Shown: piece by piece, positions 41,244 to 50,428 of the stretch
Layout: each line of letters starts with the position of its first letter
Position numbering within the stretch: the first letter of the stretch is position 1
Translations under genes and position numbers: made by a program
Source: Planctomycetota bacterium
Lineage (GTDB): Bacteria > Planctomycetota > UBA1135 > UBA2386
DNA: 64,000 bases
NCBI GenBank assembly: GCA_965228735.1
Contig: OZ245838.1
Location: 2,048,001-2,112,000 of the forward strand
Direction: 5' to 3'
Notes under the pieces: model-generated
Databases searched by the model: none
What the model saw: the letters and a program-made list of their open reading frames with translations, nothing else
Told to the model about the DNA's origin: nothing

Positions 41244-42554
41244 AACGGTGACGGCGACGCGGATCGTGCGATCCGCGACGAACGTGCGCACCACGACGTC
41301 ACCCGGGATCTCCTTGGCGCCCGGACCGAGCTTGGGGATCGCCTGCCCCATCGCCCCGATCATCCGCCGCAGATCCATGCGAAACGAGGCGATCGCGCCG
41401 TCCTCGAGCGGCTTGCGCCGACCCTGACCCGCCGCGACGCGCTCGACGAGGTCACACGCGATCGCCTTGCTGCCGCCGACCACGAGCAGATCCCCCGTGC
41501 CGCCGATGAACTGGTGCATCTCGTCGTTCGGCATCATCGGATTCGGCGGCCCCTCGTTGTAGAGGCTCATCCGGGTGAACTTGACGCCCGCGTGTTCCAT
41601 GGCGTCGCGCTCGACCTCGATCTCGACGTTGCGGCCGAGGTCCTGCGCGGCGATCATCCGCTGATAGTCCTCCGACGCGATGAGTTCGGCGGGCGACTGG
41701 CCGGCGCGGAAGCCGTAGAGCGCCGCCATTCGCATGTTCTGGTCGAAGCCCACGACCAGCCCGCCGTCGTACATCGCCATCATCGCGCGCGACATTTTCG
41801 CGGCCTCGGCGCGCGCCTCGGCGTCGGGGAACCCGAACGCCAGGCCGAACTCGAGGAACGGCCCGAGCAATGCGTCGAGCGATTCGGGCGCGACCGCGAT
41901 GCGGCACTCCATGACCCGCCCGGGGTCGGCCGACAACTGCGGCGCCCCGAGGGCGCTCGGCTTGATCTTCGTCAGCAAGCCGCCGAACGCCGACCCGGCC
42001 TTGGCCGTGATCGAGCACTCGAGTTCGAAACCGTTGTCCTCGTAGTCCTGCGGATCGGACAGCACCGCGACGCGCGCGCTCTCGAGCGTGTACGGGAACT
42101 CGAACACGGATTTGAAGAGCTTGACCGCGTCCGGCGCCTTCATGCCGTACTGGGTCATGGCGAGCACGCCGAAGCCCTGCACGAGGCCGCGCACCTCGCC
42201 GATCTCGTCGGCGAAGAGCTCCATCGTCGCGCCGGGGTCGACCTCGAGGACGAGGTGCCCGACCTGCCCGCTCGCGGCCCGCACCGTCACCCGCCGGTCC
42301 GAGTCGACCGCGGCGACCCAGTGTTGACCCGGCTCGAGCTCCGGCAACCCACCGACGAGATCGAACGCGTGGCCGAACCCGAGCACCGGTCCGCGTTCCG
42401 CGGTGCGCAGCACGAGAGCCGGCTGCGAGGCCCGCGTCGCGCCAGCCGCATCCGAGGCCGCTCCGCTGCCCTGCGATTGCGCTGCAACCGAATCCGGGAT
42501 GGTCAGCGCGAGCGCGGCCGCGCAGGCGTTCAGGATCGTGAGGGGTCGGCCCAT
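41238..42554 (-). CDS. Secreted hypothetical protein
   Basis: Signal VAA|Q; normal codon usage; no family recognised. Confidence 0.7.
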   Translation of the reverse strand: MGRPLTILNACAAALALTIPDSVAAQSQGSGAASDAAGATRASQPALVLRTAERGPVLGFGHAFDLVGGLPELEPGQHWVAAVDSDRRVTVRAASGQVGHLVLEVDPGATMELFADEIGEVRGLVQGFGVLAMTQYGMKAPDAVKLFKSVFEFPYTLESARVAVLSDPQDYEDNGFELECSITAKAGSAFGGLLTKIKPSALGAPQLSADPGRVMECRIAVAPESLDALLGPFLEFGLAFGFPDAEARAEAAKMSRAMMAMYDGGLVVGFDQNMRMAALYGFRAGQSPAELIASEDYQRMIAAQDLGRNVEIEVERDAMEHAGVKFTRMSLYNEGPPNPMMPNDEMHQFIGGTGDLLVVGGSKAIACDLVERVAAGQGRRKPLEDGAIASFRMDLRRMIGAMGQAIPKLGPGAKEIPGDVVVRTFVADRTIRVAVTVR

Positions 42555-42737
42555 CGGCAAGGAGGTTGGGGTCGTGGGGCTACGGCAACCCGGCGGGCAT
42601 GGCCCACGTGGGTGTCCATCCGGGAAGTGGCCAGTTCCGCCGCGGAACCGTCACGAACTTTCGTCCGGGCGAGAGCTTACCGCCGGGCCGCCGCAATCTC
42701 CGGTGGTGTCGGCAGAAGCGCCGGCTACGGTGCCCGC

Positions 42738-44423
42738 GTGCCGGCCCATGACCTCAACGAGCACCTGCAGCGCCTCTACGGCTACGGCACGTTCCGCGGC
42801 CGGCAGCGCGAGGTCATCGAGCACCACCTGGCCGGCGGCTCGGGACTCGTTCTGATGGCCACCGGCGAGGGCAAGTCGCTGTGCTATCAGCTGCCCGCAT
42901 TCGTCGGCGACGGCCTCACCGTCGTGGTGTCACCGCTGATCGCCCTCATGGACGACCAGGTCGCCGCGCTGGCTCGGCGCGGCCTGCCGGCGACGTGCAT
43001 CCACAGCATGATCGAGCGGCACGAGCGCGAGTCCCGCCTGGCCGCGGTCGAGAGCGGCGAGGTGCGGCTGCTCTACGTGACCCCCGAGCGGTTCCGGGTC
43101 GCTGGGTTCCTGGAACGGCTCACGGCGGTCGGGGTGACGCGGTTCGCGGTCGACGAGGCCCACTGCGTGAGTCAGTGGGGCCACGACTTCCGCCCCGAGT
43201 ACCGGCGGCTCGGCGAAGTGCGCGAGCAGCTCGGCGACCCGCCGTGCCTCGCGCTCACCGCGACCGCGACGCCGCCCGTGCAGGCCGACATTCGCAGCGC
43301 GCTCCGCCTGGGCGAGGCGCCGCGCTTCTGCACCGGCATCGCGCGCGACAATCTCTTCCTGTCCGTCGCCCAATGTCACACCGATGACGACAAGCGTGAC
43401 CGGCTGAAGGCGGTGCTCGACCGCACCGGCGGACCGGCGATCGTCTACTGCGCGCTGATCAAGGACCTGCTGCAGCTCGAGAACGAGCTGCTGCGCGACG
43501 GCGTGCGGCCGCTCGTCTACCACGGCAACATGTCGGCGCACGAACGCCGCACCCAGCAGCGCGCGTTCCAGGCCAGCGACGACGCGCTCGTGCTCGCGAC
43601 GAACGCGTTCGGCATGGGCGTCGACAAGGCCGACATCCGCGCCATCGTCCACTGGCAGATTCCGCGCACGCTCGAGGCCTACTATCAGGAGGTCGGACGC
43701 GCGGGCCGCGACGGCGACGGCGCGTTCTGCGAGCTACTCTACCGCGAAGAGGACCTCGTCATCCAACGCAACTTCACCGAGTGGGCCAACCCGACGGCCG
43801 AGCTCGCCGAACAGATCGCGCTGCACCTGCAGGGCCTCGGCGATCGGCTGCACGCCCTCGACCTCGACACGTTGCGCGACACGTTCCTGACCAAGCAGCG
43901 CCACGACGGCCGCGTCGAGACCGTGGTTCGACTGCTGCGGAGCGGCGGCTGCCTCGAGGGTGACATCCAGCAGGGCGGCCTGCGCTTCGTGCGGCTGCCG
44001 ACCGCGGCCGAGCTCGACGAGTGGTTGCCCGAGGACAAGCGCCAACGCGACCTCATGGGGCTGCTGCACATGGTGCGTTACGCAACGGACGCGGAGTGCC
44101 GGAAGCGGACGATCCACGCGCACTTCGGCTTCGACGACCTCGATGGGCCGTGCGGCACGTGCGATCTCTGCGCCGAGACGGTCGGGTGGCAGGACGCCCA
44201 TCTGCCGGCGAGCAAGCCCGTGCGGAACGCCGCTTCGAGCTCCGCGGACGCGCCGGTCGCCCGCGGGGACTGGATCGAGTCACAGCGGTTCGGCCTGTGC
44301 CATATCACGCGCGTGCACCGCCGCGGCCGGCGCTGGCGCGTCGACGTCGAACTCGCACGCGATCTCTCGGAGCGTTCGTTCGACCTGCGCGACGGCCAAT
44401 GGCGCCGCGTCGAGCGGGAATGA
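42738..44423 (+). CDS. recQ: RecQ family DNA helicase with C-terminal Tudor/SH3-like domain
   Basis: ATGEGKS, SPLIALM, DEAHCVSQWGHDFRP, TATA, AFGMGVDK and QEVGRAGRDG motifs; Zn site CR...CGTCDLC. GTG start 6 nt after TACGGT. Confidence 0.9.
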   Translation: MPAHDLNEHLQRLYGYGTFRGRQREVIEHHLAGGSGLVLMATGEGKSLCYQLPAFVGDGLTVVVSPLIALMDDQVAALARRGLPATCIHSMIERHERESRLAAVESGEVRLLYVTPERFRVAGFLERLTAVGVTRFAVDEAHCVSQWGHDFRPEYRRLGEVREQLGDPPCLALTATATPPVQADIRSALRLGEAPRFCTGIARDNLFLSVAQCHTDDDKRDRLKAVLDRTGGPAIVYCALIKDLLQLENELLRDGVRPLVYHGNMSAHERRTQQRAFQASDDALVLATNAFGMGVDKADIRAIVHWQIPRTLEAYYQEVGRAGRDGDGAFCELLYREEDLVIQRNFTEWANPTAELAEQIALHLQGLGDRLHALDLDTLRDTFLTKQRHDGRVETVVRLLRSGGCLEGDIQQGGLRFVRLPTAAELDEWLPEDKRQRDLMGLLHMVRYATDAECRKRTIHAHFGFDDLDGPCGTCDLCAETVGWQDAHLPASKPVRNAASSSADAPVARGDWIESQRFGLCHITRVHRRGRRWRVDVELARDLSERSFDLRDGQWRRVERE

Positions 44424-44519
44424 CGTTGGGGCAGCTGCCCCGTCGATCCGATACCCGAATAGGCTCCCCTTCACCGCGTCCTTGGAGCCGCGCACAACGG
44501 GCCGAACCACAGATCACCA

Positions 44520-46040
44520 ATGGGACTCTACACCCGCATCACCCGTGACTGGCTCGAGCACCGGTTCCGGCAACACTCGACGGCGGGAGTGTTCCAGGCG
44601 CACATGCCGATCTACGGGGTCGGTGCGGGCGACTGCGAGGGCAACCACGCGGGCCGCCTCGCGCGCATCCTGCGGATCCTGCGGCGGCTCGACGAGCTCG
44701 AGTACGCGACGCTGCTCGATGTCGGCGGCGCCGAGGGCTACCTGCCGCATCTCGCGGCCACGATCCACGGCGCCGACGGCACGAGCGTCGACCTGTCGCA
44801 CGAGGCCTGCCGGCGCGCGAACGAGCTCTTCGGGCTACCGAGCGTGGCGGTGGACAGCCACCTGCTGCCGTTCGACGCCGGCGCGTTCGACGTGGTGGTC
44901 TGCAGCGAGGTCATCGAGCACCTCGAACACCCCATCGAGACGATCCGGGAACTGCGTCGGGTCGCGCGCGTCGCCGTGATCCTCACGACGGAGGAAGTGC
45001 ACTTCGACCGGGCGCACATCGACGGCTATCTGTTTCGTCGGCCGGGCTGGCCGCACATGGACCGCAACCTGTTCCACCCGGACGACCTCGCGCTGTGCTT
45101 TCCCGGCGGCGTGCTGGAACCGCAGTGCGACGAGAGCCCGCCGACGAAGACCGAGGACACGACCGCCGATCCGGTCGCGGTGCGGACGTGGCTCGAGTCC
45201 CACACCTCGGAGCCGGAGCTGAGCCCGCGCCACCGTGGCGTCGTGGTGACGGAGTGCTTCGAACCGGCGGCGAAGCGGCCGCGACGGCACACCGACCACG
45301 AGCTGCTCGACCGGCTGTTCGCGACCACGGTCGCGAAGGGACCGCGGCAGGCGCGACCCGAGGCGCTCGAACGGCTCGTGTCCCGGCTGCGCGACCCCGT
45401 GACCAAGACCCCGCTCCGTCTCGCCGACGACGAGCTCGTCTCGACGGACGGGCAGAGCTACCCGGTGCAGCACGGCGTACCCGATCTCGTTCGGTTGCAA
45501 AACCCGCCGCCGTCGCGCGTCGAGCTCGCCGAGCAGCTCCGGCGCGAGTACGCCGACCGCGCCGACGCGATCCTCGCGCTGCGCGACCGACTCTTCCTCC
45601 CCGAGCGCTGGACCAACGAGTTCTTCGACCTGCGGCGCGAGGAAGACCGCCGCGGCTTCTGGCCGAACGACCATCTGCGGGCACGCCCGAACCAGGCACC
45701 CGACGCGGGGTTCTCGTGGCACGCGGTCGGTCCCGACCCGTGGGTCGTGACTCCGTGCCTGCAGCGGCCGATTCGCGAGATCGAGATCGAGATGCGGGTT
45801 CATGCCCCGGACGTCGACGTTCTGCAGGGCACGGGTCAGGTGTTCTGGAAGGGGCCGGGCGACGCGACGTTCGTCGAGGCCAACAGTGTCAAGTTCGATG
45901 TTCCGAACGACGGGAACGTGCACACCCATCGCGTGTCGCTCGCGGCGCACCCGGACCTGCCGGACGAGATCCAGTGGCTGCGCCTCGACCTGATCGACGG
46001 TCAGTGCGAGGTCGACTTCCTGTCCCTACGGCTCATCTGA
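44520..46040 (+). CDS. Class I SAM-dependent methyltransferase with Trm112-like and C-terminal beta-sandwich domains
   Basis: LLDVGGAEG, LPFDAGAFDVVVCSEVIEHL; LRDPVTKTPL...YPVQHGVPDL; C-terminal beta-rich region ending LRLDL. Confidence 0.78.
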   Translation: MGLYTRITRDWLEHRFRQHSTAGVFQAHMPIYGVGAGDCEGNHAGRLARILRILRRLDELEYATLLDVGGAEGYLPHLAATIHGADGTSVDLSHEACRRANELFGLPSVAVDSHLLPFDAGAFDVVVCSEVIEHLEHPIETIRELRRVARVAVILTTEEVHFDRAHIDGYLFRRPGWPHMDRNLFHPDDLALCFPGGVLEPQCDESPPTKTEDTTADPVAVRTWLESHTSEPELSPRHRGVVVTECFEPAAKRPRRHTDHELLDRLFATTVAKGPRQARPEALERLVSRLRDPVTKTPLRLADDELVSTDGQSYPVQHGVPDLVRLQNPPPSRVELAEQLRREYADRADAILALRDRLFLPERWTNEFFDLRREEDRRGFWPNDHLRARPNQAPDAGFSWHAVGPDPWVVTPCLQRPIREIEIEMRVHAPDVDVLQGTGQVFWKGPGDATFVEANSVKFDVPNDGNVHTHRVSLAAHPDLPDEIQWLRLDLIDGQCEVDFLSLRLI

Positions 46041-46433
46041 GGGCGGCCGATCTGAGGACGGCTGATCTGGGGATCGGCGCGGTCCGATGCCGGGGCAACG
46101 CCGGCGCATCGCGGCGAGCAGTTCCGGATCCGTCAACGCCTCGGGCCAGAACGGCCAGTCCCGACACTTCTGCGGGCGAACGGGGTAGATCCCGCAGCCC
46201 GCCTGCCCGGGCGGGCCATCGTCGAGAAACACGCAGCGCGAACCGAAGCCATCGCGCAGGCGATCGCCGCGAACGTCCAGGTACCGCCCGCGGACGGCGG
46301 TCTCCGACATGCCGAGGTGACCCGCGATCGCCGCGATGTCGGCCGCCCCCACCCGCACGACCCCGCCGGGAATCGCGCAACAGTTGCCGGACCGCTGGCA
46401 GGCGAACTCGAAGGGATACTGCGATCGCGTCAT
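46026..46433 (-). CDS. YkgJ family cysteine-cluster protein
   Basis: FACQRSGNCC, CVFL, CGIYPVRPQKCRDWPFW and CPG motifs. Confidence 0.88.
   Translation of the reverse strand: MTRSQYPFEFACQRSGNCCAIPGGVVRVGAADIAAIAGHLGMSETAVRGRYLDVRGDRLRDGFGSRCVFLDDGPPGQAGCGIYPVRPQKCRDWPFWPEALTDPELLAAMRRRCPGIGPRRSPDQPSSDRPPSDEP
46035..46079. repeat. Imperfect 15-bp tandem repeat (3 copies) at overlapping convergent gene ends
   Basis: ATCTGAGGGCGGCCG / ATCTGAGGACGGCTG / ATCTGGGGATCGGCG. Confidence 0.5.
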
Positions 46434-47542
46434 CGCCGCCGCCGCCGACGCCCGCCCAGCCCCGTGCCCCGGGTGCGCTGACCCGTTCCCCTGGCGCGCT
46501 GCCGACTGCGATCGCCGAGCCGCGGCCGGCCGCTCGCCGAGCGCTCCTCGAGCTCGCGCTGCCGCTGACGTTGGTCGAGGAAGGCCTGGATCTCGCGCTG
46601 CAGCTGCTGCGGATCCTGGAACCGCATCTCCGGCTCCTTCGCCATCATCTTCTCGAGGAAGTAGTGCAGCTGCGGCGACAGCTGCAGCGCACGGATGCGT
46701 TCCCCGGACAGCGACTCGAGCACCTGCTTGGCCAGCACCTCCTCGCTGGTCTTGCCGTCGAACGGCAGCGAACCGGTCGTGAGGTGATAGAGCGTCGCAC
46801 CGAGCGCGTAGATGTCAGCGCGCACGTCGAGGCCGCCGCCTCGCGCCTGCTCGGGCGCGATGTAGTGCACGGTGCCGGCAGTCGTCGCTTCCTCGCCACC
46901 GCTGCTGCCCTGCTGCACCGCGAACCCCAGATCGATCAGCACGGCGCCGCGCTCCTCGCTCCACAGGATGTTGCCGGGCTTGACGTCACGGTGCACGAGG
47001 CCGCGCGCATGCAACGAGTCCAACGCGCCCGCGACCTCGACGACGATGCGCAGCGCATCCTCCTCGTCGAGGCGTTCGCGATCGTTGAGCACGTCCTGCA
47101 GGCACTCGCCGTCGACGAGCTCCATCGCGAAGAAGATCGTCTGGCCCTCGCGCGCAACGCGGTAGCCACGCACGAGGTGGTCGTGCTCGAGCTCCATGAG
47201 CAGCCGCGCCTCCTGCACGAACCGCTCCGCCTCGCGCTTGTCCGAGGCCCGCTCCGGGCGCAGCACCTTGAGCGCGACCTGCTGCTGATCCGTCTTGTCG
47301 ACCGCTGCAAACACCCGGCCAACGCCGCCCTCGCCGATGAGTTCGCCGAGATCGTAGCGCGACAGCTCGGGACGGGTGTCGCCCTCCGTGCGCTGCCACC
47401 GCTCCCACTCCTCGGCAGTGCAGATATTTTGGGCAATCAGGTGCTTGCCCACGTCACCCGAAGCCAATGCGTCACGCGCGACATCTGGCGGCACACGTCC
47501 ACCGTGCACCAACATCGCGAGGAGCTTGGTCTCGGGGGTCAT
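46430..47542 (-). CDS. Hanks-type Ser/Thr protein kinase, cytoplasmic
   Basis: IGEGGVGRV, VALK, HRDVKPGN, DLG, APE and DIYALG motifs; Arg-rich tail. Confidence 0.92.
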   Translation of the reverse strand: MTPETKLLAMLVHGGRVPPDVARDALASGDVGKHLIAQNICTAEEWERWQRTEGDTRPELSRYDLGELIGEGGVGRVFAAVDKTDQQQVALKVLRPERASDKREAERFVQEARLLMELEHDHLVRGYRVAREGQTIFFAMELVDGECLQDVLNDRERLDEEDALRIVVEVAGALDSLHARGLVHRDVKPGNILWSEERGAVLIDLGFAVQQGSSGGEEATTAGTVHYIAPEQARGGGLDVRADIYALGATLYHLTTGSLPFDGKTSEEVLAKQVLESLSGERIRALQLSPQLHYFLEKMMAKEPEMRFQDPQQLQREIQAFLDQRQRQRELEERSASGRPRLGDRSRQRARGTGQRTRGTGLGGRRRRRR

Positions 47543-47645
47543 GACTTGAGCGAAAAAGCGACGTCAGAAAGGCTGCCCGCGGCTCCAGTCGTCAGCCGCA
47601 TCGACCCGAAGAGAGTAGCGCCTACGCGACCACCGAGGGAACTGA

Positions 47646-49001
47646 ATGAAACAACCAGGAGCGGCATTCGTGATCAAGTACTTCGACTTGATCGACGAGT
47701 TCATCAAGGTCCGGTGTTGCTCGGACGACCTCCTGACGGGGCTCCAGACAACGACCCTCACCAACAAGTCCGCCTACCGCAGCCGTATCGTCGAGACCTG
47801 CGTCCCGACGTTCGAGAACGAGATCCTCGCGGTCGTTCAGCGCATGGACGAGGGCTACGACCTCGAGATCGTCGAGGAGCTGCTCTACCAGATCTGCATC
47901 GACGTCAACCCGTCGCTCGAGATCCACCAAGTCAGCATCCCGTCCGAGAACGGCGAGGCCGGCAGCGACGAGAACGAGGACCCGTTCCTGCCGCGCCCCG
48001 GGAACGACGCCGCGCGCCACGCGCTGTTCCGCCGCGTCAACTCCCTCGACCGCTCGCTGCGCCAACAGATCATCGGCCAGGACGAAGCGATCAGCACGCT
48101 CGTCCGCGCCGTCAAGAAGGCCGCCGTCGGCCTCAAGCGTCCGAGCAACCCGGTCGGCACGTTCCTGCTCGTGGGCCGAACGGGCACGGGCAAGACCGAG
48201 CTCGCGAAAGCCGTCGCGCGCAACCTGTTCGACGACCCGTCGGCGATGATCCGCGTCGACTGCAGCGAGTATGCGCTGCCGCACGAATACGCCAAGCTCA
48301 TCGGTTCGCCGCCAGGCTACATCGGCCACAACGAAGGCGGCTTCCTGACCGAGGCGATCAAGAAGAAGCCCAACAGCGTCGTCCTGTTCGACGAGGTCGA
48401 GAAGGCGCACTACAAGGTCCACAACCTGCTGCTGCAGCTGCTCGACGAGGGCATCATCACGGACAGCAAGGGCCACACGGTGTCGTTCCACCAGGCGCTG
48501 ATCCTGATGACGAGCAACCTCGGCATCGAGAAGATCGACGCCGTTCGCACGCGCATGGGCTTCAGCTCCGCGCACGTGCGCCAGAGCCTGCAGGACCTCG
48601 ACGTCCGCACGCTGACGCTCGAGGCGCTGCGCGAGTCGTTCCGCCCCGAGTTCGTCAACCGCATCGACGAGGTCGTGGTGTTCAACGCCCTCGACGAGAA
48701 GGTCTGCCAGCGCATCGCGCACAACATGCTCAAGGAAGTGGCGGAACTGCTCATGCGCCGCGGCATCGAGCTGACCTGGTCGCAGGGCGTCAAGGCCCGC
48801 CTGGCCCGCGAGGGTTACTCCGAGGAGTTCGGCGCCCGCGAGCTGCGCCGCCTGATCAAGCGCGAGATCGAGGACCCGCTGACCGAGATGATCCTCGACA
48901 ACGAGCTCGGCGCCGGCTCGAGCGTCAGCATCCGCGTGCAGCGCGGCGCCTACGCGCTGTCGTGCGAAGCAGCCAGGGACGACGCCCTCGCGACGGTCTG
49001 A
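47646..49001 (+). CDS. Clp/Hsp100-type ATPase with only the D2 AAA+ module and an unrecognised N-terminal domain
   Basis: IIGQDEA, GRTGTGKT, DCSEY, LIGSPPGYIG, LFDEVEKAH, MTSNLG, MGF loop, FRPEFVNRID and GARELRR motifs. Confidence 0.88.
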   Translation: MKQPGAAFVIKYFDLIDEFIKVRCCSDDLLTGLQTTTLTNKSAYRSRIVETCVPTFENEILAVVQRMDEGYDLEIVEELLYQICIDVNPSLEIHQVSIPSENGEAGSDENEDPFLPRPGNDAARHALFRRVNSLDRSLRQQIIGQDEAISTLVRAVKKAAVGLKRPSNPVGTFLLVGRTGTGKTELAKAVARNLFDDPSAMIRVDCSEYALPHEYAKLIGSPPGYIGHNEGGFLTEAIKKKPNSVVLFDEVEKAHYKVHNLLLQLLDEGIITDSKGHTVSFHQALILMTSNLGIEKIDAVRTRMGFSSAHVRQSLQDLDVRTLTLEALRESFRPEFVNRIDEVVVFNALDEKVCQRIAHNMLKEVAELLMRRGIELTWSQGVKARLAREGYSEEFGARELRRLIKREIEDPLTEMILDNELGAGSSVSIRVQRGAYALSCEAARDDALATV

Positions 49002-49018
49002 CGACCGTCCCCCGACGC

Positions 49019-49039
49019 GTGCCGTTCAGTACACGGCAC
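49019..49039 (+). terminator. Hairpin after the Clp ATPase gene, possible terminator
   Basis: GTGCCGT-N7-ACGGCAC; no U-tract. Confidence 0.3.
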
Positions 49040-49098
49040 CAGCGTAGAACTTCGCCGGCCCTTGGCCTAACGTGCGCGGCGCTCCGCGCCCGTCGCTC

Positions 49099-50358
49099 AT
49101 GCTGTTGTTCTTCCTGGCCGTCGGCTTCTCGCTGCTGTCCTCGTTCCTCTGCTCGCTCGCGGAGGCAACCCTCCTCAGCGTGAGCTCGGCGCGCATCGCG
49201 ACGCTCGCGCGCTCCGGCAGCCGCGCCGGCCTCCTGCTCGAGCACTGGAAGACCGAGCCCGACCGGCCGATCTCCGCGATCCTGGTGCTCAACACGGTCG
49301 CCAACTCGGGCGGCGCGGCGATCGCGAGCGTGCAGTTCGGAATCGCGTTCCCGGGAGTCAACGACCTGTGGTTCGTCATCGCGTTCGTCGTCTCGGTGCT
49401 GACGTTCACGGAGATCGTGCCGAAGACGATCGGCGTCGTGCACGCCAACCGGCTCGCAGGCCCGATCGCCCATTTCGTCGCCGTCACGATCATCCTGATG
49501 CTGCCCGCGCTGCTGCTCACCCGGATGCTGTCGCGCGCGATCAGCAAGCACGCGAACGCCGCCTCGATCTCGCTCGAAGAGATCCGGGTGCTCACCGCGG
49601 TCGGCGAGAAGGAAGGCGCGTTCGGTTCGATCACGGCATCGCTGATCGACGGCGCCACCCGCCTGCGCGACACCAAGGCGCGCGACGTCATGGTGCCGCG
49701 CAACCGCGTGACCTACGTCTCCGGCACCGACGATACGGCCACCAACCTCGATCGCATCCGGCGATCGGGCCACAGTCGATTCCCGTTCACGCCAACGGGC
49801 GAGCTCGACGACTGCAGCGGTGTGATCCTGACGAAGGAACTGCTGTTCACGCTGCGCGAGGACACGGAGCCGGACTGGGAGAACCTGCGCATTCCCGTGC
49901 TCGTCGTGCCCGAGAGCGCGCTGCTCAATCACCTGTTGCGGCGCTTCCAGGTCGAGAAGCGCCACATGGCGATCGTGGTCGACGAGTACGGCTCGACGGT
50001 CGGCCTGCTGACGCTCGAGGACGTGCTCGAGGAGATCGTCGGCGAGATCGAGGACGAGCTCGACACGGTCGAGATGCAGTATCTGCAGCGTTCGGACGGC
50101 TCGCTGCTGTGCCGGGGCAGCGCCGAAGCACGCAAGGTCTTCCAGAAGCTCGAGATCGCGGAGGACATCGAGACGTCGAGTCAGACGCTCGCGGGCTTCG
50201 TCACCGAGCTGCACGGCGGCCTGCCCGTCGCCGGCACGCACGTCGACGCGGCGGGCTACCGCTTCCTCGTGACGAAGGCGAACAACCGCCGGGTCGAGCG
50301 GGTACGCGTCACCGCGGTCCCGGCCGAGACCGAGACGAACGGCGGCCAATCCGGGTAG
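49099..50358 (+). CDS. CNNM/hemolysin-family protein (DUF21 + CBS pair + CorC)
   Basis: SLAEATLLS, EIVPK, ARDVMVPR, GHSRFP and VVDEYG...TLEDVLEEIVGEIEDE motifs. Confidence 0.9.
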   Translation: MLLFFLAVGFSLLSSFLCSLAEATLLSVSSARIATLARSGSRAGLLLEHWKTEPDRPISAILVLNTVANSGGAAIASVQFGIAFPGVNDLWFVIAFVVSVLTFTEIVPKTIGVVHANRLAGPIAHFVAVTIILMLPALLLTRMLSRAISKHANAASISLEEIRVLTAVGEKEGAFGSITASLIDGATRLRDTKARDVMVPRNRVTYVSGTDDTATNLDRIRRSGHSRFPFTPTGELDDCSGVILTKELLFTLREDTEPDWENLRIPVLVVPESALLNHLLRRFQVEKRHMAIVVDEYGSTVGLLTLEDVLEEIVGEIEDELDTVEMQYLQRSDGSLLCRGSAEARKVFQKLEIAEDIETSSQTLAGFVTELHGGLPVAGTHVDAAGYRFLVTKANNRRVERVRVTAVPAETETNGGQSG

Positions 50359-50428
50359 CGGGACAACCCGTAGCCCCCCACCCGGGCCCAGCTGCGAAGC
50401 CCGACGAGCTCGCCCGCGCCGGATCCCC

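Noticed and set aside
42555..42737. Possible structured RNA in the 183-bp divergent gap before recQ
   Set aside because: Only short palindromes (for example GTTCCGCCGCGGAAC); no recognisable ncRNA motif.
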